From Felis catus (lineage: Eukaryota), in contig NC_058382.1 of the NCBI RefSeq assembly GCF_018350175.1, positions 41,106,001 to 41,170,000 on the forward strand: DNA of 64,000 bases, in the 5' to 3' direction. The notes beneath the pieces are model-generated. The model worked only from the letters and a program-made list of their open reading frames with translations. It did not search any database and was not told the origin of the DNA. The translations under genes were made by a program, and so were the position numbers. How positions within the stretch are numbered: position 1 is the stretch's first letter; every line of letters begins with the position of its first letter. Below are positions 24,991 to 37,190 of the stretch, piece after piece.

Positions 24991-25194
24991 GCATGAGTCC
25001 AAAGGTTTGCAGTAAGTTGAGAGTCACCTCACACTAATCACCAATTCTTACTAGTACTTCTGATTTTTACTTGGGGACTGGTTTCACTCCCCGCCCCTCC
25101 TTTTCAATTCCATATCTCTGTATAATTCATTCCAGACCATGATTCCATCTTTCCCAGTTAGCCAGAAAATCATTACCTGCTCTTTGTCCTCCCA

Positions 25195-25390
25195 GTATTT
25201 GGCTAGCTCTGTGAACTTGCAGAAGGTACTTGTCTCTCTGAGCCTCTGTTTTCCTCATCTGTAGTATGGGAATCATCGTGGCCCTATCACATCAAATTTC
25301 CAAGAAGATATTAAAAATAAATGCATAGGTATGACACTGACAAACATGCCTGGTGTAGTAAGAGCTATCTTAAGTATTTACTAGTGTTTT
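25195..25390 (+). mobile_element. MIR SINE
   Basis: ctagctctgtgaacttg...tctctgagcctctgttttcctcatctgtagtatggg...catgcctggtgtagtaagagct. Confidence 0.8.
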
Positions 25391-25689
25391 TATTTGCATT
25401 TTCCTCTAATAATGTATGTCAGTGATATCGTCATTAATGGTCATGTGTCTATGGATTTTCTTGTTTATCAGCTTTTTTATAAGGATAAAGTAGTGTGATA
25501 TTTACCATTATATACTTAGGTCTTAGCATAATGCCTCCTAGCAGTAGGTGCCCAGTAAAAGGCTATTGCATTGAATTACATTTTAACAAAATACAACCAA
25601 GTTTTATCAATTATAAACCTTATTATCTTTCAAAACGGTCTACTTGGCTCCATGCATCACCCTGCCCAAGTCTGTATCATTTCTTCCTT

Positions 25690-25920
25690 CCGATTTGAAG
25701 TCAGTCAGATTTGGGGGATCAAAGTCTGGCTGAACATTTGTTACTTAACCAGTTTAGTCCTGTATTTCTACACTGTAAAATGGAAATGGAGTGCCGAGTC
25801 ACGGGGTTTGTAAAGAGAATTAAATGAGATATGTAAATAGAGTGGTTAGTCCAGGACATGGCACATAGCAAACCCTCAGCAAATGCTTGTTCACTAACAG
25901 TAACAGCTCCAATTACCACG
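25690..25920 (+). mobile_element. MIR SINE
   Basis: ttacttaacc...ctgtaaaatggaaatgg...gaattaaatgagatatgtaaa...catggcacatagcaaaccctcagcaaatg. Confidence 0.8.
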
Positions 25921-26040
25921 ACAGTCTTGTTGAACTTATTTAGTGCTTCTTAGGCTTCTGTGGGATAAAAGCACCAAATTAGAAGTACAGTAGAAAGAAC
26001 ATATCCCATTGGAGTCTGGTTGCATCAGAAAGCATGTCTT

Positions 26041-26270
26041 TTTTTAATTTTTTTTAATGTTTTTTTTTTTTTGAGACAGAGAGAGAGACAGAGTATGATT
26101 GGGGAAGGGGCAGAGAGAGAGAGGGAGACAACAGAATCCAAAGCAGGCTCTAGGCTCTAGGCTCTAAGCTCTCAGCACAGAGCCTGACACGGGACTTGAA
26201 CTTACAAACTGGGAGATCATGACCTGAGCCAAAGTCAGCCACCTAACCAACTGAGCCACCCAGGCGCCCC
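26041..26270 (-). mobile_element. Can-SINE (SINEC_Fc-type)
   Basis: Ends ctgagccacccaggcgcccc; TSD cagaaagcatgtctt (26026-26040) vs caaaaagtatctctt (26271-26285). Confidence 0.95.
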
Positions 26271-26284
26271 CAAAAAGTATCTCT

Positions 26285-26520
26285 TAACCTTTGAACAAAT
26301 TAATTAGTCTGCCTTAGTCTTGGCAGGGTTTTTTTTGGTTGTTTTTTTGTTTGTTTGTTTTATTTTGTTTTGTTTTGCTTTGTTTTTGTTTTTGTTTTTG
26401 CAGTTGGGAACAGTATAATGCCTATATCATAGAGTTTTTGGGGTTAAGTGGGGAAATACATCTGAAACATTTTATTTAGCTACTGAGACCCAGTAAGCAC
26501 ACACGAAATGTTAGCTTTGT
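26285..26520 (+). mobile_element. MIR containing a (GTTT/GTTTT)n expansion
   Basis: aacctttgaacaaattaatt...[T-rich 26323-26400]...gttgggaacagtataatgcctatatcatagag...cagtaagcacacacgaaatgttagct. Confidence 0.6.
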
Positions 26521-28209
26521 GTGTGACGTGACACACAGTAAATACTGCAGAGTTGCTCGGAGAGCACGGGAGATGCTGGCACAGAGTGGGTCCTCCACAC
26601 ACACGGAAGCCTTTCTGTTACAGATACCATTCTACGCCAGGGGAGACTGGCCACTCCCAGCCCCACAGCCTGCACAATGCCCAGGAGAATGTTAAATGGT
26701 GGGGAAACGTGACAAAGTGTGTTCTAATGAGATGTCCCGTTGACTCTGGCTGCTCCTAGGTCAAGCTGCCTGTGTCAGAGCAAGAACACTAATAGACTAG
26801 GTGGTCGTGTCTCTCCATCTGACTGAGCTCTGGGTTTTTAATGAAGCAAGTGGCCCACATGCCCAGACGGTTTTGGTATGTGTGTGTGTGTGCCTGTGTC
26901 TCCAATGACAAATGATTTTTGTCCTAAAAAGAGAATGGAGAAAAACGACAGGACATGAAGGCTCAGAATGTCCTCTTATTTGCATCCATCAGAGAAAAGC
27001 TGACCAAGACCTTCCCACACATGCAGATGACCCTTGCACCAGGCAGAAAGAAATAAAAAACACACTGCTTTTCCAGAGGGGCCATAATACCTTCAATAGC
27101 TTTAACAAAGCTAGTGTCAGCCGCTTGACTTCTTAATGATGAATAATTCATATACATCAAAGCAGCCCTCACAAAGTTTTTTTTTTTTTTTCTACAGGCT
27201 CAAAGACAATGAAACAACAGCAGAAAGGCCAGAAGGGGAAAGGTTTTTTTTTTTTTTTGAAATCACAGCATCTCTACTCTCTGTCCTCCCTACTTTATAC
27301 TATCCATGCTCTGGTCTTGATTGAAATCAACTGCAATATAATTTTACAAAAACATTTTTTAATACTCTGATGTGCTTCTTAGCTCACATAATGGCAAACT
27401 CCTCTGCAGCCTTCAAAGCCCAGTTTAAAAGTCACCATGTTTTGAGGTCAACTCTGCTACCCACCTTCCCAACAGGGTCCGTCTAACCTTTTCCAATTAT
27501 ATGAAACACAGTCCTACTGCAAGCATTATTAAGCTCTTATTCCTTTAAATCTCTGACTCAGACTTCGAAATTCTTAAGCTTAGACACCCACTCTTAGGCA
27601 TTTCAGAATCACAGCACCCAACACGGAGCTTAAGACACAACAGGAACTGAATGAATGCTCATGGATTTGAAATGATTGAATTCTTGAAATAAACAAAGAA
27701 CATACTTCAAGTGTAGAATTGGAATGCTAATATATATTAAGTCTATAAAAACCAAAAGTAGATGAAAAAGTATTTTCAGAAGCTCAAAAACATCATCGAG
27801 CATGATTTTTATCATTTAGAATTTACTAAGAACCCAGATCAAATGCTTAGAAAGGCAAGGAGTTGGGGGATCCATTTGGAAGGCTTATCAGCACTCTTTA
27901 AGGGGGCAAGCATTTTAAAGTGAAATATTTGTCAGAGCTAAGATAAAATTAAAATGGCAGGCTCGCAATCTAGGTTATTTTTATCGTCTGTCTTAAAACA
28001 TAAACTCCTTAAACTCCCTTTCTTTTTGATCATCGTAAATGAAAATTTACTACAGACGTACACACATCAAAATGCAGACGTTACCCACTTTTCATATTTC
28101 TCAAGTGGCTGCTGCTTCAACAAAATACCACTTCAATGTCAAGGGAGAACACATTTTTTTTTGTGGGGTAAATGCTTGTTATCAAAGGGAAAAGATATAT
28201 TTTTAAACT

Positions 28210-28960
28210 GAACTATTTAGTCACTGAATGTATGATAATGCTTATTGTGTGCCAGATATTGGGCTAATCACCAAGGGGACATTCGGATGAGAAAACGTCA
28301 TCTTCTCCTCATGGACATCATAATGTAGCAAAGGACAAAGATGCAATGAGATGATTGTTTTAAAATATGTTTTCCTACTTAATGTATGAATAGAGTTATG
28401 GATTTTGCAGAAGGTGCAGTGACTGATTCTTTCTGGAGAGTTAGAAACGGTTTCAGAAAGAAGAGATGATTTTTAATCTGATTCTTCAGGGGTGAGTGAA
28501 GGGATATTTTCCAGTGGAAGAAAGGCAGCTGGAGCTTGTCAGAAGAAGCGAGCAGTGCTTTCAAAGATCTGGGGTTACGGAAGGCATTGATGGAAAGTTC
28601 CATATGGCTGGGTGCCTAATCTATGGCAAGAGATGAAGCAGACAAAGCTGGAGAAGCCAGAAGACACCTCTTGCTAAGAGCCTTAATTCTAGGTTCCTAA
28701 GCACAGTGTTTATGATTAAAGACGACCCTATCTGCCTCTTGGGTGGTAGAATGGGGAGAAAGGAGGATGGGAGCACCAATTAGCCGCTTCTTGGCAATGA
28801 GTAAAGTGATGACAGTTTGACCTAAGACTATGGAAGAGGATACAGAAAGAAAGCCTGGGCTATTAAAGGTTACTGAGATCTTTCTGAAGATGGCAAATAC
28901 ATAAGAAGATCAGACATGCAAGTGAAGGTGAGGAGGAGCAGAGAAGGACTGAGTGGGGGG
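28210..28960 (-). mobile_element. L2 LINE fragment
   Basis: aatgcttattgtgtgccagatattgggct...ctcctcatggacatcataatgtagc...gaagagatgatttttaatctgattcttcagggg...gatgacagtttgacctaagactatgg. Confidence 0.7.
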
Positions 28961-28979
28961 AGGTTTACAGTTTTTCATG

Positions 28980-29315
28980 NNNNNNNNNNNNNNNNNNNNN
29001 NNNNNNNNNNNNNNNNNNNNNNNNNNNNNNNNNNNNNNNNNNNNNNNNNNNNNNNNNNNNNNNNNNNNNNNNNNNNNNNNNNNNNNNNNNNNNNNNNNNN
29101 NNNNNNNNNNNNNNNNNNNNNNNNNNNNNNNNNNNNNNNNNNNNNNNNNNNNNNNNNNNNNNNNNNNNNNNNNNNNNNNNNNNNNNNNNNNNNNNNNNNN
29201 NNNNNNNNNNNNNNNNNNNNNNNNNNNNNNNNNNNNNNNNNNNNNNNNNNNNNNNNNNNNNNNNNNNNNNNNNNNNNNNNNNNNNNNNNNNNNNNNNNNN
29301 NNNNNNNNNNNNNNN
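28980..29315. other. Assembly gap (336 N)
   Basis: N run. Confidence 1.
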
Positions 29316-29936
29316 GGGAGAGTAGCCCAGTTCATTTTAAATCATTGGAACCAAAGATAAAATGACAATTGCAAATTGAGGCACACTGAGTTTTGGGTGA
29401 GGGGGTGATGGCTGGAGCTGCAGGGCCTGGGACCAAGAATTGAGGTGGTATTAGGAAAGGTTGCACTATGGCAGGACTGTCACCTGTTATGAGCTTCAGG
29501 ATCATGCGTCTGGGTTTTCAGGGAGGGTCCTTACAGGATCGTGGGTGCAGGTGTGAAGCAACCATCTCAGGTCTACTGGTGAAGACAGTAGGAGAGCACA
29601 TCCTACTTCTCTTCTCCCGCCCTCCCCTGAAAACCTTGCTTCCTTACTCAGTACTGAAGATTTTGCCACTCATGATTCTCTCTTTTGTGACTGTCTAAGG
29701 TGTCCAAAGGATGACTCCAGGACCTGGGTCTCACCAGTCTGGATATCCCTTAAAATCAGGAAACATATGCCATTGTAAGCGGACAGCAGAGTGGGTATGG
29801 AAGGACAGATAGATTAGTATCATGCGTGGAGGAACCAGGGCTATGACCAGAAAAAAGACACAGCCATAGTCAAACTATGATGCCTTACACCAAGGCATAT
29901 CAGGAGAACCAACAAGCAATAAGTGGCCAAAATTTG

Positions 29937-29959
29937 TTGTTGTTGTTGTTGTTGTTGTT
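29937..29959. repeat. (TTG)n microsatellite
   Basis: Visible directly. Confidence 0.9.
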
Positions 29960-30269
29960 TAAAGAAAAAACAATAGATAAAATGCAAGGTGAAGTGGGCA
30001 GCTCAGAAACCAGTTCTCCATTAATCTGGATTTCTCTTAGGTAAAGGTTGGTCTATCTCTGTTGCTAATTTAAGTCTTTCCCAGCGTTTGCAGGAAAGGT
30101 ACAATACAGCTTCTTAATCCTTGAATGATGAGGAAGATAAAGCCCCGCCTTTTAATAGACATATATAAAAGGCAGCCATTTGGTTCAACCTAATTAATAA
30201 ATAATTCTAGTTCCTTATCAGGCAACTAAAATTGTTTTGCATGTACTTCTGAAATGCAGGTTGCCAGAT

Positions 30270-30790
30270 CTTCACTCATTGTTAGCCGATCTTTACTGAG
30301 TACCTCCCGTGAGGCCCTGTCTGTGAATGAGACAGTGCATGAATACGTGACAGAGAGCAAAATCGGGCATGATCCCTGTTCCCATGGAATTTTCAGTCTA
30401 CTGAGGAGTGATAGACATTAATTACATAGTCACAAAACTAAATAATTGTAATTGAGATTAAATCTCAAAAGGGATAGAATAAATTTTTATAAGTGCAAGC
30501 ATGACCTTGATTCAGGGGTAGGTTAAGAGTTCCCCAAAAGATGAGACTTGAGCAGTGATCTTCAGGATGAGTATGGTATACAAGCAGTTTAAACAGAGGG
30601 AGCAAGCAGCCTGTGCAAAGGTCCTGTGTCTAGGTTCTGAAAGATTTCTATTGTGGCTTGGGGTACAGAGAACCGGTAGAAGGGAAGAGGGTAAAGCATT
30701 CTGGAAAACAGCTAAAGGTCAAGGGAGGGCCACACAGATGCTTCACTAAGGTTTTGGATTCTTTTCTTACTGTTCTAAGAGCAGTGAGTT
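30270..30790 (-). mobile_element. L2a LINE 3' fragment
   Basis: tttactgagtacctccc...tccctgttcccatggaattttcagtcta...gcagcctgtgcaaaggtcctgtg...ttttggattcttttc. Confidence 0.78.
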
Positions 30791-31134
30791 TCTGTGCACC
30801 AGTAAGTTCCATACTTTTGTTGCTTCAATATGCATGTGGCTTTCATTTCCTTCACTCTTCACAATAGTATAATCAGAGCTATGTACCTTGATGTAAGAAA
30901 TAAACCAGAGATGAACCAAATTAGACAGGTTTGCAACTCTCAAGAAACCCACGGTTTACAAGAGAGAAAAGCAAACATAATTATGAACAGTGTAAACAGT
31001 GGTAGGAAAAGGATGGGGGGGGGGCGGCTAATAGGGGTGGGCTCCTCACTAAACTTCCAGAGTAAGGACAGATTTCAGGTGGGTAACATTTGAGCCCAAA
31101 GAACAAGTAGAATTTTCCTAAAATATTTAGAGCA

Positions 31135-31345
31135 ACAGCTAATATACATTAAATGCTTACTATGTGCCAGGCACTAAGTGGTTTTCACCTGTATTTAAGG
31201 TAGGAAAGACCATATGACATATGTTCTATTATTATCCTCCTTTTAAAGACGCAGAAACCGAGGATCAGAAACGCTAAGCAATTTGTTCAAGATCACACAG
31301 CTAGGACATGGGAGAGCCATGCTTTGAACAAAGATTATGTGTGCT
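31135..31345 (-). mobile_element. MIR (MIRb-like)
   Basis: attaaatgcttactatgtgccaggcact...ttattatcctccttttaaagacgcagaaaccgaggatcaga...ttgttcaagatcacacagcta. Confidence 0.85.
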
Positions 31346-31564
31346 TAACATAAGGGCCAGAGTGCAGGGAGATTAAATTGAAGATCTCACATCAAAATAT
31401 TAAAAATTGAGATGTGTTGATTTAGAATGATTACAGCTTCTTTGAGATTGTAAGTGCAGCATCTTTGCCCAAATTTGTGAATAACAGCTTGAGCCAAAAT
31501 AACACTAATCTCCACCCTTAAAATAGTGCAATCTTTTGTGCGATGGGCATATTAAAAACGAATA

Positions 31565-31576
31565 ATGCATATGCAT
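31565..31576. promoter_or_regulatory. Perfect MORE palindrome (POU-dimer binding motif) ATGCATATGCAT
   Basis: Exact 12-bp palindrome equal to the published MORE consensus, in non-repeat sequence. Function is untested. Confidence 0.35.
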
Positions 31577-32748
31577 CAGAGAACACATCAGTACTTAGAC
31601 AATCCAAAAGGACCTGTTTTTATTTCATTTGACTTTTCTTCTCTCCCCCTATAATTACTTCATTTCAGCTAAATCACACTGTATTATGATTTAACAACTG
31701 GAACAGTCACTTTAGCATTAATGTTTTGCAAGCACCTTTCCAGCATTCCCAGCAGCTATCCAGGCTTAAAAGGGACAACAACCAGGGATCAATCTCTTAG
31801 TGGCCCAGATAAACCAGGTAGATGTGCCCAGTGTTCAGTTTTGCTGCTTGAATGCTGCCCTGCCTGGCCAACAGCTGCCAGAATTCTTATTATTAAACTC
31901 TCAGGTAGAATAATCATGGAGTGAAGCAGGAAAAAGATTGCAGCTCTTAGAGCAAAGCGAAGTTGGCAATGGGCGGGGAAAGGCAGGGATATTCCGACTA
32001 TAGGTTGCAACTTTACCTACCCTTTCAAAATTCACCCCTCCCCTCCGTAGCCCACTCTAAAACACTGTAAATTTCTTTCTTTACCCAGTCACCTCCAAAT
32101 GAAGAGGCAATATGCATCCTGAAGCTCTAAGATGAAATGCAGAACCCTAATTGTTCCCATGCTTCCTGCAGATTTGAAATTCCAGCCTGTTTCATTCCCA
32201 TGCATTTCTTGGTAACTCCACACATATGTGAATAATCAGACACATCTAGTGGTCAGGGGTTGTTTTCTCTGTAAAATGCGTATGGAGTAGGAGTAGGCAG
32301 AGCCCTCGGTACAAATAGTGACTTGTACTTGCAGATTTACGGACTTTTAGTCCTGAAAAGAATCTTGAAGACTGCCTTCCAGGCCTTGTGTGATAAATAA
32401 ATAAGGGACCTCGGGCACAGATGGGGAATGTGAACTGCCCAAGTTAGCAGGATGAAAACATTGGCTTCCTGATCTTAAGCGGCTGTTTTTCCAACTACCC
32501 TGCATGGACCTAAAATAGCTTTGCATTTCGTGCTAAGCTCTATGTCCCCTTACTTCCTAATCAAAGGCATAATCAATCATCATTTGTAAGGCACTCATTT
32601 TAAAAAGTAGGAAATGAAATTTCCCAATGTAGTTACCTTTTAATTTGCAGAGAACCACCAACTCCGGAAGCAGAAGCTCTTCAGGGGAAGGTCACCAAAA
32701 TGCATGCTGGTATCAGCCTTGCTACTCGGACTCACTGTGAGTCACAAG

Positions 32749-33086
32749 CAGTGGTCGGCAAACTTTTGCTTGTACAGGTCCAGCTAGTCAATGTCTTTAG
32801 GCTTTGTGGGCCAGTATAGCAACTACTCAACTCTGCTCTTGTATCAAGAAAGAGGCCACAGATGATACATAAAGGAATAGGTTTGATTTAATTCCAATAA
32901 AACCTTAGTTATGGATGCTGAAGTTGGAATTTGATATACATTTCACACAAACCAAAATCTTATTCTTATTTTTTTTTTATTTTTTGAAAACAATTTTAAA
33001 ATGTAAGAACTATCCTTAGCTCACAGTTATACAAAACCAGATGGCAGGCTGGATGTGTCCCTCGTGCCATAGCTTGCTGTTCCCTG
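32749..33086 (-). mobile_element. MER58B hAT-Charlie MITE (338 bp)
   Basis: TIRs cagtggtcggcaaact and agcttgctgttccctg; internal ggctttgtgggcc...gcaactactcaactctgc...ttccaataaaac match the antisense MER58B consensus, and the length fits. Confidence 0.88.
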
Positions 33087-33604
33087 GTGCAGAGTACAAT
33101 ACTTGTAGCTGCTTCTCAGTGTGGCTTGTACTATTAGCAAATATTCATTTGGCCGCAGAATTATTTTTCAGCACAGGTCCTATTTTCCATTGTATTCCAA
33201 AACAGAGCTAGATATTTCCCTATAGAGAAGTCTGCAAAATACTTAAAGGTATATAAAGTAAATCTTCTTTCTCCCCTAGATTATAATCCTCTCCAAAAGA
33301 GACACACTATATTTTATTTGCCTTGAAATTATGGATATGTAGCAAACCACTAAGCCCATATAATCAGCACTTAATAAAGAATTATTTGGGTAGAATTAAC
33401 CATATTAATGCCCTCATTAGAACGCTTCAAGGTTTCACTCTCACTGTAGACATCATGATTCCTAGTTTCAAGTTGTTTTTTTTTTAACTTTATTTCATTC
33501 ATTCATTTTTGAGTATCTCATGAGCACCTACATGGTGGCATTCAAGTCTCCCTATGATGTGACACGGATGGAATTCTGACATCATCTCATGATATGCCTC
33601 CATG

Positions 33605-33760
33605 CACATTCATTCATTATTCAACCCACAGATGCTGACTATCGGTGTCCCAGCTACTGTTCGAGCTCTTGAGAGTAAGCAGTGACCAAGCCAGTCATAA
33701 TTCCTGTTCTCACAGAGCTTTCAGTCTGGTAAGGGTCTTCAGCAGATAAGGGATACTGAA
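33605..33760 (-). mobile_element. L2 3'-end fragment
   Basis: cattcattcattattcaac...cagctactgttc...cctgttctcacagagctttcagtctgg. Confidence 0.7.
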
Positions 33761-34559
33761 CTGTATGAATAAATTATTAGAAACACGGATACATCATGGC
33801 GGCAGGCCAGGTTTGTGATGCATGGAGAGTTACTCATGGGGACGGTTATCTGGCACTGAAAACAAGTCAGCCCTTTTCAGATACTTTCCGGTCCTCTGCC
33901 TCACATCCACCCCCAACACACACACCTGAATTTCAAAGCAACATCATTTGCAATTGCTCTTTTATCCCCCCACCCCCCAAATCACCACTGGGGAGGAAGG
34001 TCATGTTGCTTTGCTGTTGTTTTTTTAAGGAATCTGTCACCCCACCCCCTTTCTTCAGTCTGACTCTGCATTCAGCAGTTCCAGAAGATAAGTCCCTTCT
34101 TGTTTGAGTGGGGCTTGGAAAGCAGCCACATTTTACAGAGTCCAGTAGAAACAGCCAAAAACATTACTCTTCATCAAGAGGTGACACCATTTAATCCCAA
34201 TTAACTCACATCTTACGTTCAAGGCTTCTGGTTTACTAACATGAATCAATACCTTACTTTATCAGTTATGTAAATGCAAACCAGTAACATTCCTTGGCAG
34301 TTTTTTGGAATTAGTATCAAAGTCCTGCCAAATGGGGCATCGCTGCAAGCCAGATTGTGCTCCTGTCTGGAAGTGTTGCAAGTCAATCTTATTTTGCATT
34401 TTTGTTGTTGAACAAAATAACAAGAAGTATATGGGGGTAAACTTGGTGCCAGGAGCATAGTAAGTACTCAATAAATATTAGTTAACATTAGTGTCACATC
34501 CCCAACTAGATATTCCAATGTTTCATAATTCTCAGTCCAATTTCAATGTTCTTTTGAAT

Positions 34560-34900
34560 TTTCTTTTGTTCATTCATTCTTTTGTTCAGTAAATATCTAT
34601 TAGGCATCTATGAGGTGTTTGTAGCTGTGTTACGTCTCTGGGGAGGAAGTAATGAATGGGCAAGACACAGACCCCCTTCTCATGAAGCACATGGTGTTCC
34701 CTAACCTACCACAAATATGTCACTTTTCTATCCAGACAGTGAATCAATGTCAAGCTTTCTCTTGCAGAAAGAGTTAGTCTGCCAAGAACTATCCTTCTGT
34801 GCTTGGCACATAGTAGTTGCTCAGTAAATCCCAGTGGAATGAATAAATGTGAGCTGAATGAATAGATGGTTAATGGCAATGAATGTCTCATATTCTTGAA
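34560..34900. mobile_element. Two L2 3'-end fragments in opposite orientation
   Basis: Antisense ttcattcattc...aaatatctattaggcatcta (34560-34700) and sense gtgcttggcacatagtagttgctcagtaaat...gaatgaat (34790-34900). Confidence 0.6.
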
Positions 34901-35239
34901 TACTGAGGCATGAGTGAGAGGATGTAGACTCTTTTTCAGTGTTTTCAGTCAGAGAGACTATGTTGTGTGTGCATGCACGTGGTTTGCTTAATTTACTCTC
35001 AGTCAAAGAGAGTATCCTGTGGAGGTTTTAGCATGTTTACATTAAAATTCTGGTATTAACTTTATATCCAGTTGTCATGACAACCGTGTTATTGAGATAA
35101 TTAGATACTAACCTGAGTGTCTGGAAGGGCCAGTCATTTTTGGCATGGAATTTGATTGGAGAAAGACAGCCCTGTTGAACTTCGGGTCCTGCCCCTCACA
35201 GTCACTTCTCTCAGAAGACCTAGGATCCATCAGCCCTAC

Positions 35240-35639
35240 TGTGTCAGTGTGTTAGCTCTGCCTTAACAAACTATCACAAATTGGGTTTATTAAGCAACAG
35301 AAATTCATCGTCTCCTTATTCTGGAGGCTCCATGTCTAAAATCAGGATGTTTACAGGATTCCTTACCTTCAAGAGCTGTGAGGGAAGTTCTGTTCCAGGC
35401 CTCTTTCCTTGGTTTGTGGATGTTGTCTTCATATTCACACGGTGCTCTCCCTGTATCTTGATGTCTTCCCTCTATGTCTCTGTCCAAATCTCCCCTTTTT
35501 ATAAGGACACCCTAAGGACCTCCTGATAACTTGATGGCATCTGTAAAGATCCTACCTCCAAATAAGATCACATTTCGAGGTACTGGCAGTTAGGACGTCA
35601 ACATATGAATTTTAGGGGGACACAATTCAATCCATAACA
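35240..35639 (-). mobile_element. MLT1B/C (ERVL-MaLR) solo LTR
   Basis: Reverse complement TGTTATGGATTGAATTGTGTCCCCC...CTGACACA; 5-bp TSD cctac (35235-35239) vs ccttc (35640-35644). Confidence 0.9.
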
Positions 35640-36456
35640 CCTTCTCACTGGCATTGACATTGGATCATGCTCTCTGTGACCTCCCAAGGTATTACAAAGA
35701 TGCAGTCAACAGTCCTGTTTCATTTAGAGGAAAAGGGAGACCCAGGAGGGTGCAGCTACATGCATCAGATTATAGAGCTATAAGATTATAGATTATAGAA
35801 CTGGGACAGTTGCCTCATATATGATACTCCCAAATGCTAATACCCATTTTTTATCTGGTCATGTCCAGAAGTTTTATGTTTCCTTTATTATAAACAGTCA
35901 GAAGCAGAAGGAGATCTATTGTGATTTTTAGTGCTCAGCTCCATCAGAGGAAGGGCAGAGTCTTCTGGATCCTCCAATATTAACTCCTAATCAGTTTTGT
36001 GTGGCTCTGGCAGGCCTGGCAATTAAAGAGATCCAAGGTGCATTTACCTTCCAGGCAGTGAACCTAGATGGCCACCGAAGCTGTCATATTTTTGCCTTCC
36101 CCAAAATGAAATGTTAATTTACCCACTAGACCCTCCACAGATTGAGTTTGTAGGCTAGTAACACTTCACATAAAAACAAGGGAAATGCCATCCTTGCTTT
36201 GATGTATAGTCACAAAAAGGAATGATCTTTAAAATTCCCTTCAAAAGGGGCAATGTTTATGCATCCACTTTCAGTGGAGGATATAAAGGGATCTGTCTAG
36301 CCCTGGTGTGATTTTACTCATGCAGAACAGCAGCCCCGTTCGCTGAGCCCGCCCAAGTAGGAGCTCGCAAATGGGGCCGACTTTCTTCCACAACACCAGC
36401 CCCGGGGCTTGAAGCTGCCTCAGCCTCCTGGACCACTCAGGGCCTCTGGGGCATTA

Positions 36457-36560
36457 TTTCTTTTTCTTCTTGCTTATTAATTAATGTGTTTCTTTTTCTT
36501 CCTGCTTATTAATTAATTTGTTTCTTTTTCTTTCTGCTTATTATTTATATTAATTTGTTT
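36457..36560. repeat. 32-bp minisatellite, 3 copies
   Basis: Units tttctttttcttcttgcttattaattaatgtg (36457-36488), tttctttttcttcctgcttattaattaatttg (36489-36520) and a 37-bp variant (36521-36557). Confidence 0.9.
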
Positions 36561-36610
36561 GTCCCTTGTGCTCTTGATGTGAGAAGTGAAGAATATAATG
36601 GAAGACTTTT

Positions 36611-36808
36611 TTTTTCTCTTAATGTTTATTTACTTTTTTATTTTGAGAGAGAGAGAGGCAGAGAGAGAGGGGGAGAGAGAGAATTCTAAGCAGTCTCCAC
36701 GCCCCATGGAGAGTCTCAGTGTGAGATTCGATCCCACGACCATGAAATCATGACCTAAGCCAAAATCAACAGTTGGATGCTTAACCAACTGAGCCACCCA
36801 GGTGCCCC
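36611..36808 (-). mobile_element. Can-SINE (older subfamily)
   Basis: Ends gagccacccaggtgcccc; TSD tataatggaagactttt (36594-36610) vs tatcataggagactttt (36809-36825), 14/17 match. Confidence 0.93.
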
Positions 36809-37019
36809 TATCATAGGAGACTTTTTACCCACACTGCCGAACACAGCCCTGGCTGGGCTTTGATAACAAAAATGCCAAAGATGTTGAGTCTCTTTGGTTG
36901 CTTTCCTTTCCAAGTTTATGCACCAAAGGTTGTGAGCAATGGATTTCCTAGTGAGATCATTCAAAGGCAGGAAGGTAATAAAATGTCTTTATTTTTATGT
37001 GCTGTTAACTGGTTACCTG

Positions 37020-37190
37020 ATATGTAATGCCCATTGTTTCATATTGCATCCAAATTTTAAACTAAGTTTTATATACCCATTTTGCTGATGAGGAAAGTGA
37101 GGCCGAGGCAACTCAACTAATTTTGCCAAATTTATGCAGCTCATTTAGATTCCATAGGAGGTTGACCTGACTCTTCCTACTACGCTATGA
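37020..37190 (-). mobile_element. MIR
   Basis: tacccattttgctgatgaggaaagtgaggcc...ttttgccaaatttatgcagct. Confidence 0.7.

Noticed and set aside
27170-27258. T15-CTACAG acceptor and purine-rich 46-nt block bounded by a second T15
   Set aside because: No consensus donor (AG|GTTTTT) and a competing AG 20 nt upstream; probably low-complexity coincidence.
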